Shown piece after piece: positions 9,101 through 17,453 of a DNA stretch of 32,000 nucleotides (positions are counted from its first letter, which is position 1; every line of letters begins with the position of its first letter). The stretch is from Candidatus Nitrospira inopinata (GTDB lineage: Bacteria > Nitrospirota > Nitrospiria > Nitrospirales > Nitrospiraceae), in NCBI RefSeq assembly GCF_001458695.1, contig NZ_LN885086.1, forward strand, positions 2,250,001 through 2,282,000, read 5' to 3'. The notes under the pieces are model-generated. The model ran no database searches, was not told the origin of the DNA, and was given only the letters and a program-made list of their open reading frames with translations. The translations under genes and the position numbers were made by a program.

Positions 9101-9821
9101 CGAGCGTTTTGGTGACCATGGCCAGAGTCTGTGCGTCCCCCGATCGGCGGTGGCTGCGCAGAAGGAGGGACAGCCCCGTAGCGGGTGGAAATTTCGGCGC
9201 GGCACTGAAGCCTCCGTAGGTCTTATCGAACTCTTCTTTAAATTGCGCGACGGCTTCCTCCAGGGCCGTTTCACCGACGGAAATCGGAGGGGGAACCCGG
9301 CCGGCTTGCTTCAACCGTTCCGTCAACGTTCGGGCTTGGGCGTGAATGTCCGCCGAATCGGTTTTCCAGGCCTCGGCGATATGCTTGAGCACGGTGCCGA
9401 AACCCGGTCGTCCCCATCGATCTTCCGGCGGAAAGTAGGTGCCGGCAAAAAACGGTTCTTGATCGGGGGTCAAAAAGACGGTCATCGGCCATCCGCCGTT
9501 ACCGTGGTTCATGGCGACGGTGGCCTGCATGTAGATCTCGTCCAAATCGGGTCGCTCTTCGCGATCGACCTTGACGCAGATGAATTCTCGGTTCATCACC
9601 TCGGCGATGGCTTCGTTCTCGAACGACTCCCGTTCCATGACGTGGCACCAGTGGCAGGAGGAATAGCCGATCGAGAGGAGGATGGGCCGGTTCGTGTCCT
9701 TGGCGGCTTTGAGCGCCTCCGGACTCCAAGGGTACCAATCCACAGGGTTATAGGCGTGTTGAAGGAGGTACGGGCTGGTTTCGTGAATGAGGCGATTAGG
9801 CCGTTTCGAGCTCGATGACAT
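6141..9821 (-). CDS. Fusion protein: YyaL/DUF255 thioredoxin-like plus six-hairpin domain (N-terminal ~680 aa) joined to an aldo/keto reductase domain (C-terminal ~490 aa)
   Basis: The N-terminus reads [17 protein letters not shown]...[21 protein letters not shown]...[12 protein letters not shown], the DUF255/YyaL signature. From about aa 757 of the track ORF the sequence is AKR-like: [16 protein letters not shown] (Asp, Tyr), VASKIG (Lys), LLHNPE (His). I chose ATG 9821 ([20 protein letters not shown]) rather than the track GTG 9887. Confidence 0.85.
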   Translation of the reverse strand: MSSSSKRPNRLIHETSPYLLQHAYNPVDWYPWSPEALKAAKDTNRPILLSIGYSSCHWCHVMERESFENEAIAEVMNREFICVKVDREERPDLDEIYMQATVAMNHGNGGWPMTVFLTPDQEPFFAGTYFPPEDRWGRPGFGTVLKHIAEAWKTDSADIHAQARTLTERLKQAGRVPPPISVGETALEEAVAQFKEEFDKTYGGFSAAPKFPPATGLSLLLRSHRRSGDAQTLAMVTKTLDMMAAGGIYDHVGGGFARYSTDNRWLVPHFEKMLYDNALLARVYVEAYQVTRKSLYRQVAAEVLDYILREMTDPEGGFYSATDADSEGVEGKFFVWTPAEISAAVADREDAARFCALYDITDEGNWEHKSIPNRLRPIEDVAKQLNMTPDELLETAARVKPVLYQARQRRIPPALDDKVITAWNGMMLSAFAEAARVFGNLRYREAAERAADFLLRTHTKPDGRLLRTSRAGRAHLNAYLEDYAYLAEGLLDLYEAGADARYLRAAARLADFILEDFHDDTQGGFFTTAREHESLILRTREGHDGATPSANAVAASALARLSFHFDRQDWREAAVGAIRAYGRQISRYPKAFAKTLSVVDFLTDGPVELAFVGEEHQEGFRALRQAVAEIYLPNRIIATLAPGATSSLPLLQGKRLVDGKPALYVCRYFSCLAPITDPRDVRDTVESSGGATERHSREPKILKAAALAGCATVEGTASYAARVVGRTGDSSLANGFTSFGATGLTVTRLGFGTYRVHTQEPDHREALKKALRTSCNLIDTSTNYMDGDSERLVGSVLAELIAAGDLRREEVIVASKIGYVQGHTLKYAEIRERSGRPYPDMVKYGEGIWHSIHPEFLADQLTLSLDRLGLSTLDVCLLHNPEYFLLDAARRGERDRTSLRKTFYSRIQQAFVYLESQVAAGRLQWYGVSSNTLTSPPDELEAVSQASLLEAAQAAAHSIGSRTHHFRVIQFPMNLFESGGTLTPNTGPSNGQTVLELAQETGLAVLVNRPLNAVPTPRGGLVRLADLPLHGSDVDVDQRLDAVGTIEQEYRDSIAPLLQSTGQGAMPADLFNWSQELRRLRPLIRGLEEWEQIEQQGVIPQINRAVQLVSQRVAESFAERWTSWRDRYAEELNVLLRGLRKEATERSRSRAAAIARATDPLIPESRRSESLSRKALWITAGTPGVTCVLNGMRTPQYVDDSLEVLKWERFSGSRAVYQQLKSMSIQ

Positions 9822-9973
9822 GGCGCACCCTAGCACCGTGACGGGAACAGCGTCAATGAGGGGAGGCGGCCCTCTGTACCCTGTCACAGGAGGATACCAC
9901 GATCGATGACCATTGACTGATGACCGAGCCTTGATGGGACTCCCTCAGAGCATCACCTTGATTGCCTTGGTTT

Positions 9974-11461
9974 ATGGTAGGCTTGACGAGAAAACAGGGA
10001 GGCAGGGCCCCGGTGATCGACGACGATCTCTCCTCCAACTACCGCCTCACCGTCAGGCTGGAATTGGCCAACCAACCCGGTGTCTTTGCCCGAGTGGCGA
10101 CGCTCTTGGCCGAGGAGCAAGCGAACCTGGGGGCCGTCGATCTCGTGTCGGCGACCAAAGCCCGCCTGGTTCGCGACGTCACCTTCGACGTGCAAAACGA
10201 GGCGCACGGCGAACGGGTGTTGAATCGGCTGCGTCTGTTGCCGGACGTCGAGGTGATCTCGGCGTCCGATCGTATTTTCTTGCTCCATCTCGGCGGAAAA
10301 ATTCGGGTAGAGGGCAAGGTGCCCGTCAAAACCAGGCATACCCTTTCGATGGTGTACACGCCGGGAGTGGGCCGCGTCGCCGCCGCCATCGCGCAGGACC
10401 CGGCCAAGGCCTACGTCTTCACGAGCAAAGGCAACAGCGTGGCGGTCGTGACGGACGGCTCGGCGGTGTTGGGGCTGGGCAATCTCGGTCCGGAAGCGGC
10501 GCTCCCTGTGATGGAAGGCAAGGTGATGTTATTCAAGGAATTGGCCGGTATCGATGCCTGGCCCCTGTGTCTCAAGACGCAGGATCCGGACGAGATCGCC
10601 CGTATCGTGGAAGGCATCGCGCCCGGTTTCGGCGCCGTGAACTTGGAGGACATCAGCGCGCCCCGTTGTTTCGAGATCGAACGGCGGCTCAAGCAATCGC
10701 TTGAGATCCCGGTCATGCACGACGATCAACACGGCACGGCCGTTGTCGTGCTGGCGGCGTTGACCAACGCGTTGCGGGTGACAGGAAAACGATTGGAGGA
10801 CGTGCACATCGTCGTGAACGGATTGGGGGCTGCCGGCATGGCCTGTTGCCGCATGTTGCTGGCGGCCGGCGTTTCGCATCTTGTGGGGTGCGACAAACAA
10901 GGAATTATTCTGAAGGGTGATGCCGCTACGTTGCAGGGGTGCCGGGACGACCTTGCCGCTTGTCTGACTCCGAACAGTCCCCAAGGGTCTTTGCGTGACG
11001 CGTTGAAGGGCGCCGATGTCTTTATCGGCGTATCAGCGGGAAATATCCTGAGCGCCGAGGCCCTTGACATCATGGCGCCGGATCGGATCGTGTTCGCCAT
11101 GGCGAATCCCGATCCGGAGGTTCCACCCGAACTCGCCCGGTCGCATTGCCGTATTTTCGCCACCGGCCGATCCGACTTCCCCAATCAAATCAACAATGCG
11201 CTCGCCTTTCCCGGTATCTTCCGGGGAGCCCTCGACGTCCAAGCTCGCGAAATCAATGAAGCCATGAAGCTGGCTGCCGCCCATGCCATCGCCGGAGCCG
11301 TTCCCGAGGGGGCCCTGGGCGAGGAATACATCATCCCCAGCCTCTTTGACAAAACGGTCGTGCCAAGAGTGGCGCGCGCCGTGGCCATTGCCGCCAGACA
11401 GACGGGTGTTGCTAGGAGGCGCGCTAAGATCGGCGACGAGCCCGATTCCGGTACGGTGTAA
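9974..11461 (+). CDS. NAD(P)-dependent malic enzyme with N-terminal ACT domain
   Basis: An ACT-like N-terminus (LTVRLELANQPGVFARVATLLAEEQANLGAVDLVS) is followed by malic enzyme motifs: LSMVYTPGV, VVTDGSAVLGLGNLG, MEGKVMLFK, EDISAPRCFEIE, HDDQHGTAVV, VNGLGAAG and ANPDPE. The track ORF starts at TTG 9962. The first ATG is 9974. An alternative GTG at 10013 has a GGGAGG SD 11 nt upstream. Confidence 0.9.
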   Translation: MVGLTRKQGGRAPVIDDDLSSNYRLTVRLELANQPGVFARVATLLAEEQANLGAVDLVSATKARLVRDVTFDVQNEAHGERVLNRLRLLPDVEVISASDRIFLLHLGGKIRVEGKVPVKTRHTLSMVYTPGVGRVAAAIAQDPAKAYVFTSKGNSVAVVTDGSAVLGLGNLGPEAALPVMEGKVMLFKELAGIDAWPLCLKTQDPDEIARIVEGIAPGFGAVNLEDISAPRCFEIERRLKQSLEIPVMHDDQHGTAVVVLAALTNALRVTGKRLEDVHIVVNGLGAAGMACCRMLLAAGVSHLVGCDKQGIILKGDAATLQGCRDDLAACLTPNSPQGSLRDALKGADVFIGVSAGNILSAEALDIMAPDRIVFAMANPDPEVPPELARSHCRIFATGRSDFPNQINNALAFPGIFRGALDVQAREINEAMKLAAAHAIAGAVPEGALGEEYIIPSLFDKTVVPRVARAVAIAARQTGVARRRAKIGDEPDSGTV

Positions 11462-11580
11462 GTCTCTCATCGGTTTGACCGTTTCTCCCTGTCGGCGTGT
11501 CGGATGGATGAGGCCGAGCCGGTCCTTCAGGACCTCCTTCCCGCTGTGCTACAATGCACCCGCCACCGGTGAGCTGAGCG

Positions 11581-12216
11581 ATGCCGTTTTCAATGAGCAA
11601 ATACCTTAAATTCCGTCAGGGGATGCAGAACCGGATCGGGTCGCTGCGCTCCAAGACGGAAGAAAGTTTGGACGTTGCCGTCGACGTCATGATGGAAGAG
11701 CGGGTCGATGGGTTTTTTCGGGTCGAGCAAGGGCTGGAGGAGATCATCCGATCCCTCGCCGAAATTGAAGAGGAGTTGGACGCGATCCGGGACCTGTCCG
11801 GAGCGATGCGTCTGGAGTCACGGCTGGAATTCGTTGAAGACCGCTGGGATGAGTTCGACAGTGAGATCAGGGAGCGACCCAGGCGACGGCGAAAAAGGCT
11901 CAACCTTGCCGATATTTTGAAAGCTTCAAGCGGAAACAGCGGAGCGGTCTCGGACCATTCCGGGGGCGGTATTCATACGGCCATGGACGCCTATGCCGTC
12001 ATGGGGCTGGAATTCGGCAGTTCCCTCGCCGACGTGACGGCCGCGTTTCGAACGAAGGCGAAGCAGTTGCATCCCGACGCCAACAACGGCGATCGCAGCT
12101 CCGAGCCGGAGTTGCGCCGCATGCTGGAAGCGTATCAATTTTTGAAAGAGTATTTGAGTTTGAGCAACGTCGATCCTCTGCGTCCGCCCGATCGTCCCTA
12201 CAATCCATCCGAATAA
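11581..12216 (+). CDS. J-domain (DnaJ-like) protein with uncharacterised acidic/coiled N-terminal region
   Basis: The C-terminal J domain reads DAYAVMGLEFGSSLADVTAAFRTKAKQLHPDANNGD...MLEAYQFLKEY and includes the HPD tripeptide. No Zn-finger or G/F region is present. Confidence 0.7.
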   Translation: MPFSMSKYLKFRQGMQNRIGSLRSKTEESLDVAVDVMMEERVDGFFRVEQGLEEIIRSLAEIEEELDAIRDLSGAMRLESRLEFVEDRWDEFDSEIRERPRRRRKRLNLADILKASSGNSGAVSDHSGGGIHTAMDAYAVMGLEFGSSLADVTAAFRTKAKQLHPDANNGDRSSEPELRRMLEAYQFLKEYLSLSNVDPLRPPDRPYNPSE

Positions 12217-12228
12217 CGTCACGGGCTC

Positions 12229-13437
12229 ATGGCGATACACCCCCCCTATTACATTGCGAACGCCAAAGCGTTGCGCGAGTTCTGCGAGCGATTGCAGGAC
12301 AGCCCCCGGCTCGCCCTTGATACCGAATTCGTCGGCGAAGACAGTTTCGTGCCCAAGCTCGAGCTGATTCAGGTCGCCACGGACGACGTCGCCGCGGTGA
12401 TCGACTTTCCCGCCGTTCAAGCCGACAACGCGCTGGATCTCTTCTGGGAAATCCTCTGCGACCCGGACATTGAAAAGGTCGTGCACGCGGGCCGGCAGGA
12501 TTTGGATCTGTTCGCGGTCCACGCCGGGCGCATCCCGAAGCCGTTTTTCGACACACAGATCGCCGCCGCGATGGTGGGGTACGGGGCGCAGGTCGCCTAT
12601 GCCAGTCTTGTTCAGCGGGTTCACGGCGCCAAGCTGGACAAGGCGCACACGTTCACGAATTGGAGCGCCCGTCCTCTGTCCCATGATCAACTGGCCTATG
12701 CGCTCGACGACGTGACCTATCTGCTGGCGATCTATGATCATCTTCGCGCGCGGCTCTCCAAATTCGGCAGACTTGAGTGGGCCGTCGAAGAATTTTCCCG
12801 TCTGGAGTCGGCCGTCGGAGACATGCGGCGGGATTCTCACGCGCGCTATCAGCGGGTGCGGGGGTGGGACACCCTCAAGCCCAAGTCGGCGGCCGTGCTC
12901 CGGGCCTTGGCGGCTTGGCGGGAAGACGAGGCCAAACGCCGCAACAGCCCGAGAAGCCGGGTGATGCGGGACGAGGTCTTGCTTCAGTTGGCGCGGCGTC
13001 CCCCGAGCACGGTTCAGGAACTGCGGAGCGTCCGTGGCATGCACGAATCGGAAGTCAACCGAAACGGTGAGACGCTGTTGGCCGTCATCGGCGCGGCGTT
13101 GGCGCTGCCCTCTTCCGAGTGGCCTGAGGTCCCGAGAGAACGGAAGCCCGAGCCGGAATCAGCCGGGCTGTTGGAATTGCTGCAGGCGGTGCTCAAGGCC
13201 CGTGCCGCGCAGGAAGACATCGCTCCCGCCATGTTGGGAACGACGGCCGACTTGCAGGCTTTGGCCGAGGCAAAGACGAATCGCGCGACGATGGATCTTC
13301 CTCTGCTCAAGGGGTGGCGGAAATCGTTGGTCGGTGATCTGCTCCTTGATGTGTTGGATGGAAAGCTGGCCGTGAAGACCGATCCCCTTACCGGAGTGGT
13401 GTCTTGGGTCCGGATATCGACGGAGAACAGAGGGTGA
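12229..13437 (+). CDS. rnd: Ribonuclease D (DEDD 3'-5' exonuclease plus HRDC domain)
   Basis: LALDTEF, LIQVAT, HAGRQDLDLF and YALDDVTYL are the Exo I-III motifs. The HRDC-like segment is LRALAAWREDEAKRRNSPRSRVMRDEVLLQLA. Confidence 0.9.
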   Translation: MAIHPPYYIANAKALREFCERLQDSPRLALDTEFVGEDSFVPKLELIQVATDDVAAVIDFPAVQADNALDLFWEILCDPDIEKVVHAGRQDLDLFAVHAGRIPKPFFDTQIAAAMVGYGAQVAYASLVQRVHGAKLDKAHTFTNWSARPLSHDQLAYALDDVTYLLAIYDHLRARLSKFGRLEWAVEEFSRLESAVGDMRRDSHARYQRVRGWDTLKPKSAAVLRALAAWREDEAKRRNSPRSRVMRDEVLLQLARRPPSTVQELRSVRGMHESEVNRNGETLLAVIGAALALPSSEWPEVPRERKPEPESAGLLELLQAVLKARAAQEDIAPAMLGTTADLQALAEAKTNRATMDLPLLKGWRKSLVGDLLLDVLDGKLAVKTDPLTGVVSWVRISTENRG

Positions 13438-13658
13438 GCTCGAGTGAGTTCAACGTGTTTTTATGCAATTCGCGGCAGGAGTTTCTTCCGGTGTGCCGCA
13501 CTCGCGTCCGTCGTCTTGACGAGCGGCACTGCGCCGGTTCCTTGATGGTCTGAACGGCGCGTGCAGCGGTCGGGATCGGTTTCTCGGCAATTGTCGAAAC
13601 GGAAAAAGCCGACCGGTACTTTTTCACCTCCGCTGTGCCAAGGAGAATAAGCCCGCCC

Positions 13659-14009
13659 TTACAGTAATTTCTTGATTGATTCAGCAGGCCTGGCGAGGAT
13701 CGCCTCGTCGCCTTTTTCGACGAGCGGGCGTTGGATCAAATCCGGGTGCTTCACCATCAGCTCGATCAACTCATCGTCCGTGAGAGTTTTCTTGGCCAAT
13801 CCGAGCTCCTTGTACACATCCTCTTTCGTCCGCAGCACGTCCTTCGGAGACAGTCCCGCTTTGTTGAGAAGGGCCTTGAGCCGTTTTTTGTCAAACGGCT
13901 GTTCGTAGTAGTTGATCGCCGTAAAGGATTCGCCGCTGTCTTTGAGAAGCCCTATCGCTTCCCGGCAGGTGCTGCAGGTCGGTTTGTGATAAATGGTGAT
14001 CTTGGCCAT
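13659..14009 (-). CDS. ArsC/Spx-family protein (CxxC type)
   Basis: MAKITIYHKPTCSTCREAIGLL... then LIQRPLV... in 116 aa is the typical ArsC/Spx fold signature. An AAGGAG SD lies upstream of the ATG. Confidence 0.85.
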   Translation of the reverse strand: MAKITIYHKPTCSTCREAIGLLKDSGESFTAINYYEQPFDKKRLKALLNKAGLSPKDVLRTKEDVYKELGLAKKTLTDDELIELMVKHPDLIQRPLVEKGDEAILARPAESIKKLL

Positions 14010-14064
14010 GGATGACTCCTTGGTGAATGGTCCGTCTTGACGGATTTTTGACGGCTGTGCTTAG

Positions 14065-14481
14065 ATGCTCCCGCATTCGATTGTAAGCACCGACCGTGTC
14101 GAGATTTGGCGCATGCCGTGGGCCGGAACCAGTTCATCAGGTCGATATTCCTGCGCGACGTCGTCGCAGCATACGCTCAAAGACCTCCGCATCAAACGCA
14201 AAGGCCAGCCGGTTTTTGTGCTCGGTCACCTGCTCAATCGGCGGGGACAAGAAGCCATTTTTGAAGGCTTCAACGATCGGATCGCCCTCGTCAAGTTCGG
14301 CGACGGGGGAATCGTCGGCTATGATCCGATCGAACTCTTGCTCCCCACTGAAATCGATGAGCGGGGCGTGGCCTATTTTGAAATTCGTCCCTGCCGCTCC
14401 TGCGAGATGTTGTTTCCGCTGACCAGAGAAGAGGCCGATTCCGACCAAGAACCGGCTCTCTGTCCGGAATGCAGACGTTAA
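14065..14481 (+). CDS. Hypothetical protein with C-terminal CxxC...CxxC zinc-ribbon-like motif
   Basis: Third codon positions are GC-rich throughout this frame. The C-terminus reads RPCRSCEMLFPLTREEADSDQEPALCPECRR. The start is uncertain (ATG 14065 or 14113). The antisense ORF 14137-14523 looks like a shadow. Confidence 0.4.
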   Translation: MLPHSIVSTDRVEIWRMPWAGTSSSGRYSCATSSQHTLKDLRIKRKGQPVFVLGHLLNRRGQEAIFEGFNDRIALVKFGDGGIVGYDPIELLLPTEIDERGVAYFEIRPCRSCEMLFPLTREEADSDQEPALCPECRR

Positions 14482-14897
14482 TCCACAAAAGGGGCGATCT
14501 CCAGCGCTTTTTTCAATAGACAATCTCCCGCAACTCCTTGCAACACCATCGGCAGCATCGCGCTGTCAAGGACTCGCACCCAGGTGACGTGAAACCCCTC
14601 CTTGAGCCTGCGCCCTTCCAGTTTCAAGGCGTGGCAGATCTCCAGTTTTTTCCAAATCGGATTGGAGAGAATCTGGTCCGTCGGGAGAAGCACAAGGTCC
14701 TCTACGGAGTTTTCGATCGAGATCTTGGCCGCGATACGCGTCTTGTCCGTCGGGGGGGCCATGACCACGGCAAACGCCAGCACGACCTCTTGTTCTTGCG
14801 CAAAACCAAGGGAGACGCCCTGTCCCGCGAACTGCGCCGCCAGCAGCCAGCAGAAAACGGCGGCCATCCCTCTTTTCTGCCGCATCCTCTTCATCAT
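14478..14897 (-). CDS. Hypothetical exported protein
   Basis: The N-terminus MMKRMRQKRGMAAVFCWLLAAQFAGQGVSLGFAQE looks like a signal peptide. I recognise no family. Confidence 0.45.
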   Translation of the reverse strand: MMKRMRQKRGMAAVFCWLLAAQFAGQGVSLGFAQEQEVVLAFAVVMAPPTDKTRIAAKISIENSVEDLVLLPTDQILSNPIWKKLEICHALKLEGRRLKEGFHVTWVRVLDSAMLPMVLQGVAGDCLLKKALEIAPFVD

Positions 14898-15035
14898 TGT
14901 CGCTCAAGTCGGAGTATGCCAACTGCCATGATTCATTTGCAAGAATTCCCTCCACCGCGCTCTTCTCGATTCATGGTAGGCTTGGCATGACAATGGAAGG
15001 AAATCGTCAACCGCTCATTAGTATGAGGTGCGATC

Positions 15036-16169
15036 ATGCCACATGATTTCATGCCCGGATTGGCCGGAGTTCCCGCCGCCACGTCTTCAATCAGCGATGT
15101 CGACGGCCAACGCGGGGTGCTCGAGTATCGCGGAATCAGGGTAGAGGAGCTCTGTGCGAAATCTTCTTATCTCGAGACCGCGTATCTGCTGTTGTTCGGC
15201 CGTCTTCCGACAAGGGCGGAGCTTCATCGGTGGACGGCCGACGTGACGCATCATCGGCGCGTGAAATTTCGCATCGTGGACCTGCTCAAGTGTCTGCCCG
15301 AACAGGGGCATCCCATGGACGCGTTGCAGGCGGCGGTTGCGGCGCTGGGCATGTTCTATCCAGGGCGAAACGTCAAGGATGCCGACAACAACTATTGGTC
15401 GGCGGTGCGGTTGGTCGCCAAGCTTCCGACGATCGTGGCGGCATGGGCGCGTATTCGTCGTGGCGACGATCCGATCCCTCCGCGCGATGATCTCGGATTC
15501 TCCGAAAACTTTCTGTACATGCTGACGGAAACGGCGCCGCCGCCTTTGTGGAGCGAGGTGTTCGACGACTGTTTGATCCTGCACGCCGAACATACGATGA
15601 ACGCGTCCACGTTCGCCGGTCTGGTGACGGCCTCGACGCTCGCCGATCCTTACACGGTCGTCGCGTCGTCGATCGGTGCCTTAAAGGGCCCCTTGCACGG
15701 AGGGGCCAACGAAGAAGTGGTTCAGATGCTGATCGAGATCGGCTCGCCGGATCGCGCCAGAACGTACGTGGAGGAAAAGCTGCGCGCCAAGCAAAAACTG
15801 ATGGGGTTCGGTCATCGCGTGTACAAGGTCAAGGATCCGCGCGCGACGGTGCTCCAGGAATTGTGTCGGCGTCTGTTCACCGAGAGCGGCCCGTCTCCTT
15901 TCTATAACATTGCGTTGGAGGTTGAGCGGGCGGCCGGAGAGCGGCTCGGTGACAAGGGCGTCTATCCCAACGTCGATTTTTATTCGGGTATCATTTACGA
16001 CAAAATGGGCATAGAGATGGATCTCTTTACGCCGATTTTTGCCATGGCGCGTGTGGCGGGTTGGTTGGCCCATTGGTTGGAGCAGCTGGGTGAAAACAAG
16101 CTGTTTCGCCCCGATCAAATTTATTCCGGCGAGCACAATCGACCATATGTGCCGATCGATCAACGATGA
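15036..16169 (+). CDS. gltA: Citrate synthase (short, ~377 aa type; could also be 2-methylcitrate synthase)
   Basis: Canonical motifs are GALKGPLHGGANEEV, GFGHRVYKVKDPRA and PNVDFYSG. An SD (GAGGTG) precedes the ATG. Confidence 0.93.
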   Translation: MPHDFMPGLAGVPAATSSISDVDGQRGVLEYRGIRVEELCAKSSYLETAYLLLFGRLPTRAELHRWTADVTHHRRVKFRIVDLLKCLPEQGHPMDALQAAVAALGMFYPGRNVKDADNNYWSAVRLVAKLPTIVAAWARIRRGDDPIPPRDDLGFSENFLYMLTETAPPPLWSEVFDDCLILHAEHTMNASTFAGLVTASTLADPYTVVASSIGALKGPLHGGANEEVVQMLIEIGSPDRARTYVEEKLRAKQKLMGFGHRVYKVKDPRATVLQELCRRLFTESGPSPFYNIALEVERAAGERLGDKGVYPNVDFYSGIIYDKMGIEMDLFTPIFAMARVAGWLAHWLEQLGENKLFRPDQIYSGEHNRPYVPIDQR

Positions 16170-16204
16170 ACGCCGGTACTCGGGTTCCATAGAAAAGATT
16201 CCAC

Positions 16205-16232
16205 TTGACTCAAGCGGCGGTGGATTTATCTT
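16205..16232 (+). promoter_or_regulatory. Candidate sigma-70 promoter of the hsp20 gene
   Basis: TTGACT (16205-16210), a 16-nt spacer, then TATCTT (16227-16232), about 60 nt upstream of the hsp20 ATG. The -35 element is embedded in the 11-bp palindrome CTTGACTCAAG (16204-16214). Confidence 0.35.
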
Positions 16233-16294
16233 CCTCGCAACGGTCGGACCGTGGAAGTGAAACCAATTCCGCTCTAAAAACGAGGAGGTTGACT

Positions 16295-16744
16295 ATGTCA
16301 CTCGTCCGCTGGGATCCGTTCCGTGAGTTGGAAGATATGTCAGAACGGCTGAACCGGGTGTTCGCCCGTCCGTCGGTTCGTGCAACGAGCACGAAGGAAC
16401 ATTTGACGGTCGCTGATTGGATACCGACCGTCGATATCAGCGAAACCGATGATGAGTACTTGATTAAGGCCGAGCTTCCCGAGGTCAAGAAGGAAGACGT
16501 CAAGGTCACGGTGGAAGACGGCGTGCTGACCATGCACGGGGAGCGGCGCCAAGAGAAAGAAGAAAAAGGCAGGAAATATCATCGAGTCGAGCGGTCGTAC
16601 GGAAGTTTTGTGAGGAGCTTTACATTGCCTGAATCGGTTGATGAAACGGGTGTCAAGGCCGAGTACAAGGATGGTGTCTTGAATTTGCACCTTCCGAAAG
16701 TGGAGAAAGTCAAGCCCAAAGCCATCGAAGTGAAAGTGGGCTAG
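16295..16744 (+). CDS. Small heat shock protein (Hsp20 / alpha-crystallin family)
   Basis: MSLVRWDPFRELEDM..., then the alpha-crystallin core DISETDDEYLIKAELPEVKKEDVKVTVEDGVLTMHGER...ERSYGSFVRSFTLPESVD...AEYKDGVLNLHLPK. A GAGGAGG SD lies 5 nt upstream of ATG 16295. The track ORF start at 16205 is an upstream extension. Confidence 0.95.
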   Translation: MSLVRWDPFRELEDMSERLNRVFARPSVRATSTKEHLTVADWIPTVDISETDDEYLIKAELPEVKKEDVKVTVEDGVLTMHGERRQEKEEKGRKYHRVERSYGSFVRSFTLPESVDETGVKAEYKDGVLNLHLPKVEKVKPKAIEVKVG

Positions 16745-16800
16745 GAGGTTAAGAACCGAAACCGATAAGCACAGCCAGTAGGCTATGCTCTACATCGAGA

Positions 16801-16829
16801 GGGCCCACCGAAGGTGGGCCCTTTTGTTT
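16801..16829 (+). terminator. Rho-independent terminator after hsp20
   Basis: A perfect 9-bp GC-rich stem GGGCCCACC / GGTGGGCCC has a GAA loop and is followed by TTTTGTTT. Confidence 0.85.
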
Positions 16830-16857
16830 CCACGGCGAGCTGGTGACGGATCATCAC

Positions 16858-16995
16858 CTATTTGGAGGTACGCTCGATCCCGGCTCTTAGATCATCGGCC
16901 GGAGGTACAACGCTTTTTACTGAATTGAGGACGACCAGCGCCCCTACCACGAGAGCAACGAGGATTCCCCCGACATACAACCAGACCTTGTCCAT
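16858..16995 (-). CDS. Small single-TM membrane protein (45 aa)
   Basis: The internal ATG at 16995 is preceded by AAGGAGGA. The product is MDKVWLYVGGILVALVVGALVVLNSVKSVVPPADDLRAGIERTSK. The longer 98-aa track version has an implausible Arg/His-rich N-terminus. Confidence 0.5.
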   Translation of the reverse strand: MDKVWLYVGGILVALVVGALVVLNSVKSVVPPADDLRAGIERTSK

Positions 16996-17197
16996 AACAT
17001 CCTCCTTTGGTTGAAGGTTGTTCCGGCCGTGAGGCCTATGTTGAGCATGCACATTGGCCACACTTCTTACGGCTAGGAAAAGCCGGTGTCTGTGGGTAAG
17101 TCGCTCTTCACGCCGACAAATTCCAGCCTGGGAAGCTGCCAGGTGACGGCTCAAGTTTAATCATGAAAGGCACGTTTGAAAATTAGATAAATATACT

Positions 17198-17218
17198 AAA
17201 TAATAATACTTATTATTT
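17198..17218. promoter_or_regulatory. Perfect AT-only inverted repeat AAATAATAA-TAC-TTATTATTT (candidate operator or nucleoid-protein site)
   Basis: Read directly. It lies inside a 40-nt stretch (17181-17220) with only 4 G/C, in an otherwise GC-rich window. Confidence 0.5.
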
Positions 17219-17415
17219 GATCCAGGCCAGTCCGAAGAGTGTCGGCTGCAAAAAAATAGATAGCGGGAGACTGGCGCCAAGCTTCTTGCGGTTAGCCTGG
17301 TTGTCGATAGGTCATGAATTGCCGGGCGTACTTTTATCGCTTTCGCTCGTTTAAGAACGTATTTCTGTCAAGAGAGTGGCCGTGGGGCACTCATCGAACG
17401 ACTCAAACTAATACT

Positions 17416-17453
17416 AATGCCTGCAATGGATGCGCAAGGCATTGTTTTTGTTT
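17416..17453 (+). terminator. Intrinsic-terminator-like hairpin in a non-coding region
   Basis: AATGCCT (17416-17422) pairs with AGGCATT (17437-17443). Inner GCA/TGC pairing is also possible. The hairpin is followed by GTTTTTGTTT. No convincing CDS ends here. Confidence 0.45.

Noticed and set aside
8718-9818. A 366-aa plus-strand ORF antisense to the YyaL-AKR gene. Similar long antisense ORFs occur at 3866-4657, 9913-10704, 11926-13044, 18027-19037, 19599-20393, 20930-21646, 21511-22647, 23530-24234, 26493-27305, 27586-28251 and 28279-29124.
   Set aside because: Each lies opposite, or out of frame with, a gene that has clear family motifs. Their products are Arg/Gly/Pro-rich and low-complexity with no recognisable motifs. 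This is typical of shadow ORFs in GC-rich DNA.
13493-13529. A hairpin GTGCCGCACTCG...CGAGCGGCAC downstream of rnd, considered as a terminator.
   Set aside because: The stem is real but bulged, and no U-tract follows on either strand. This is not enough to call an intrinsic terminator.
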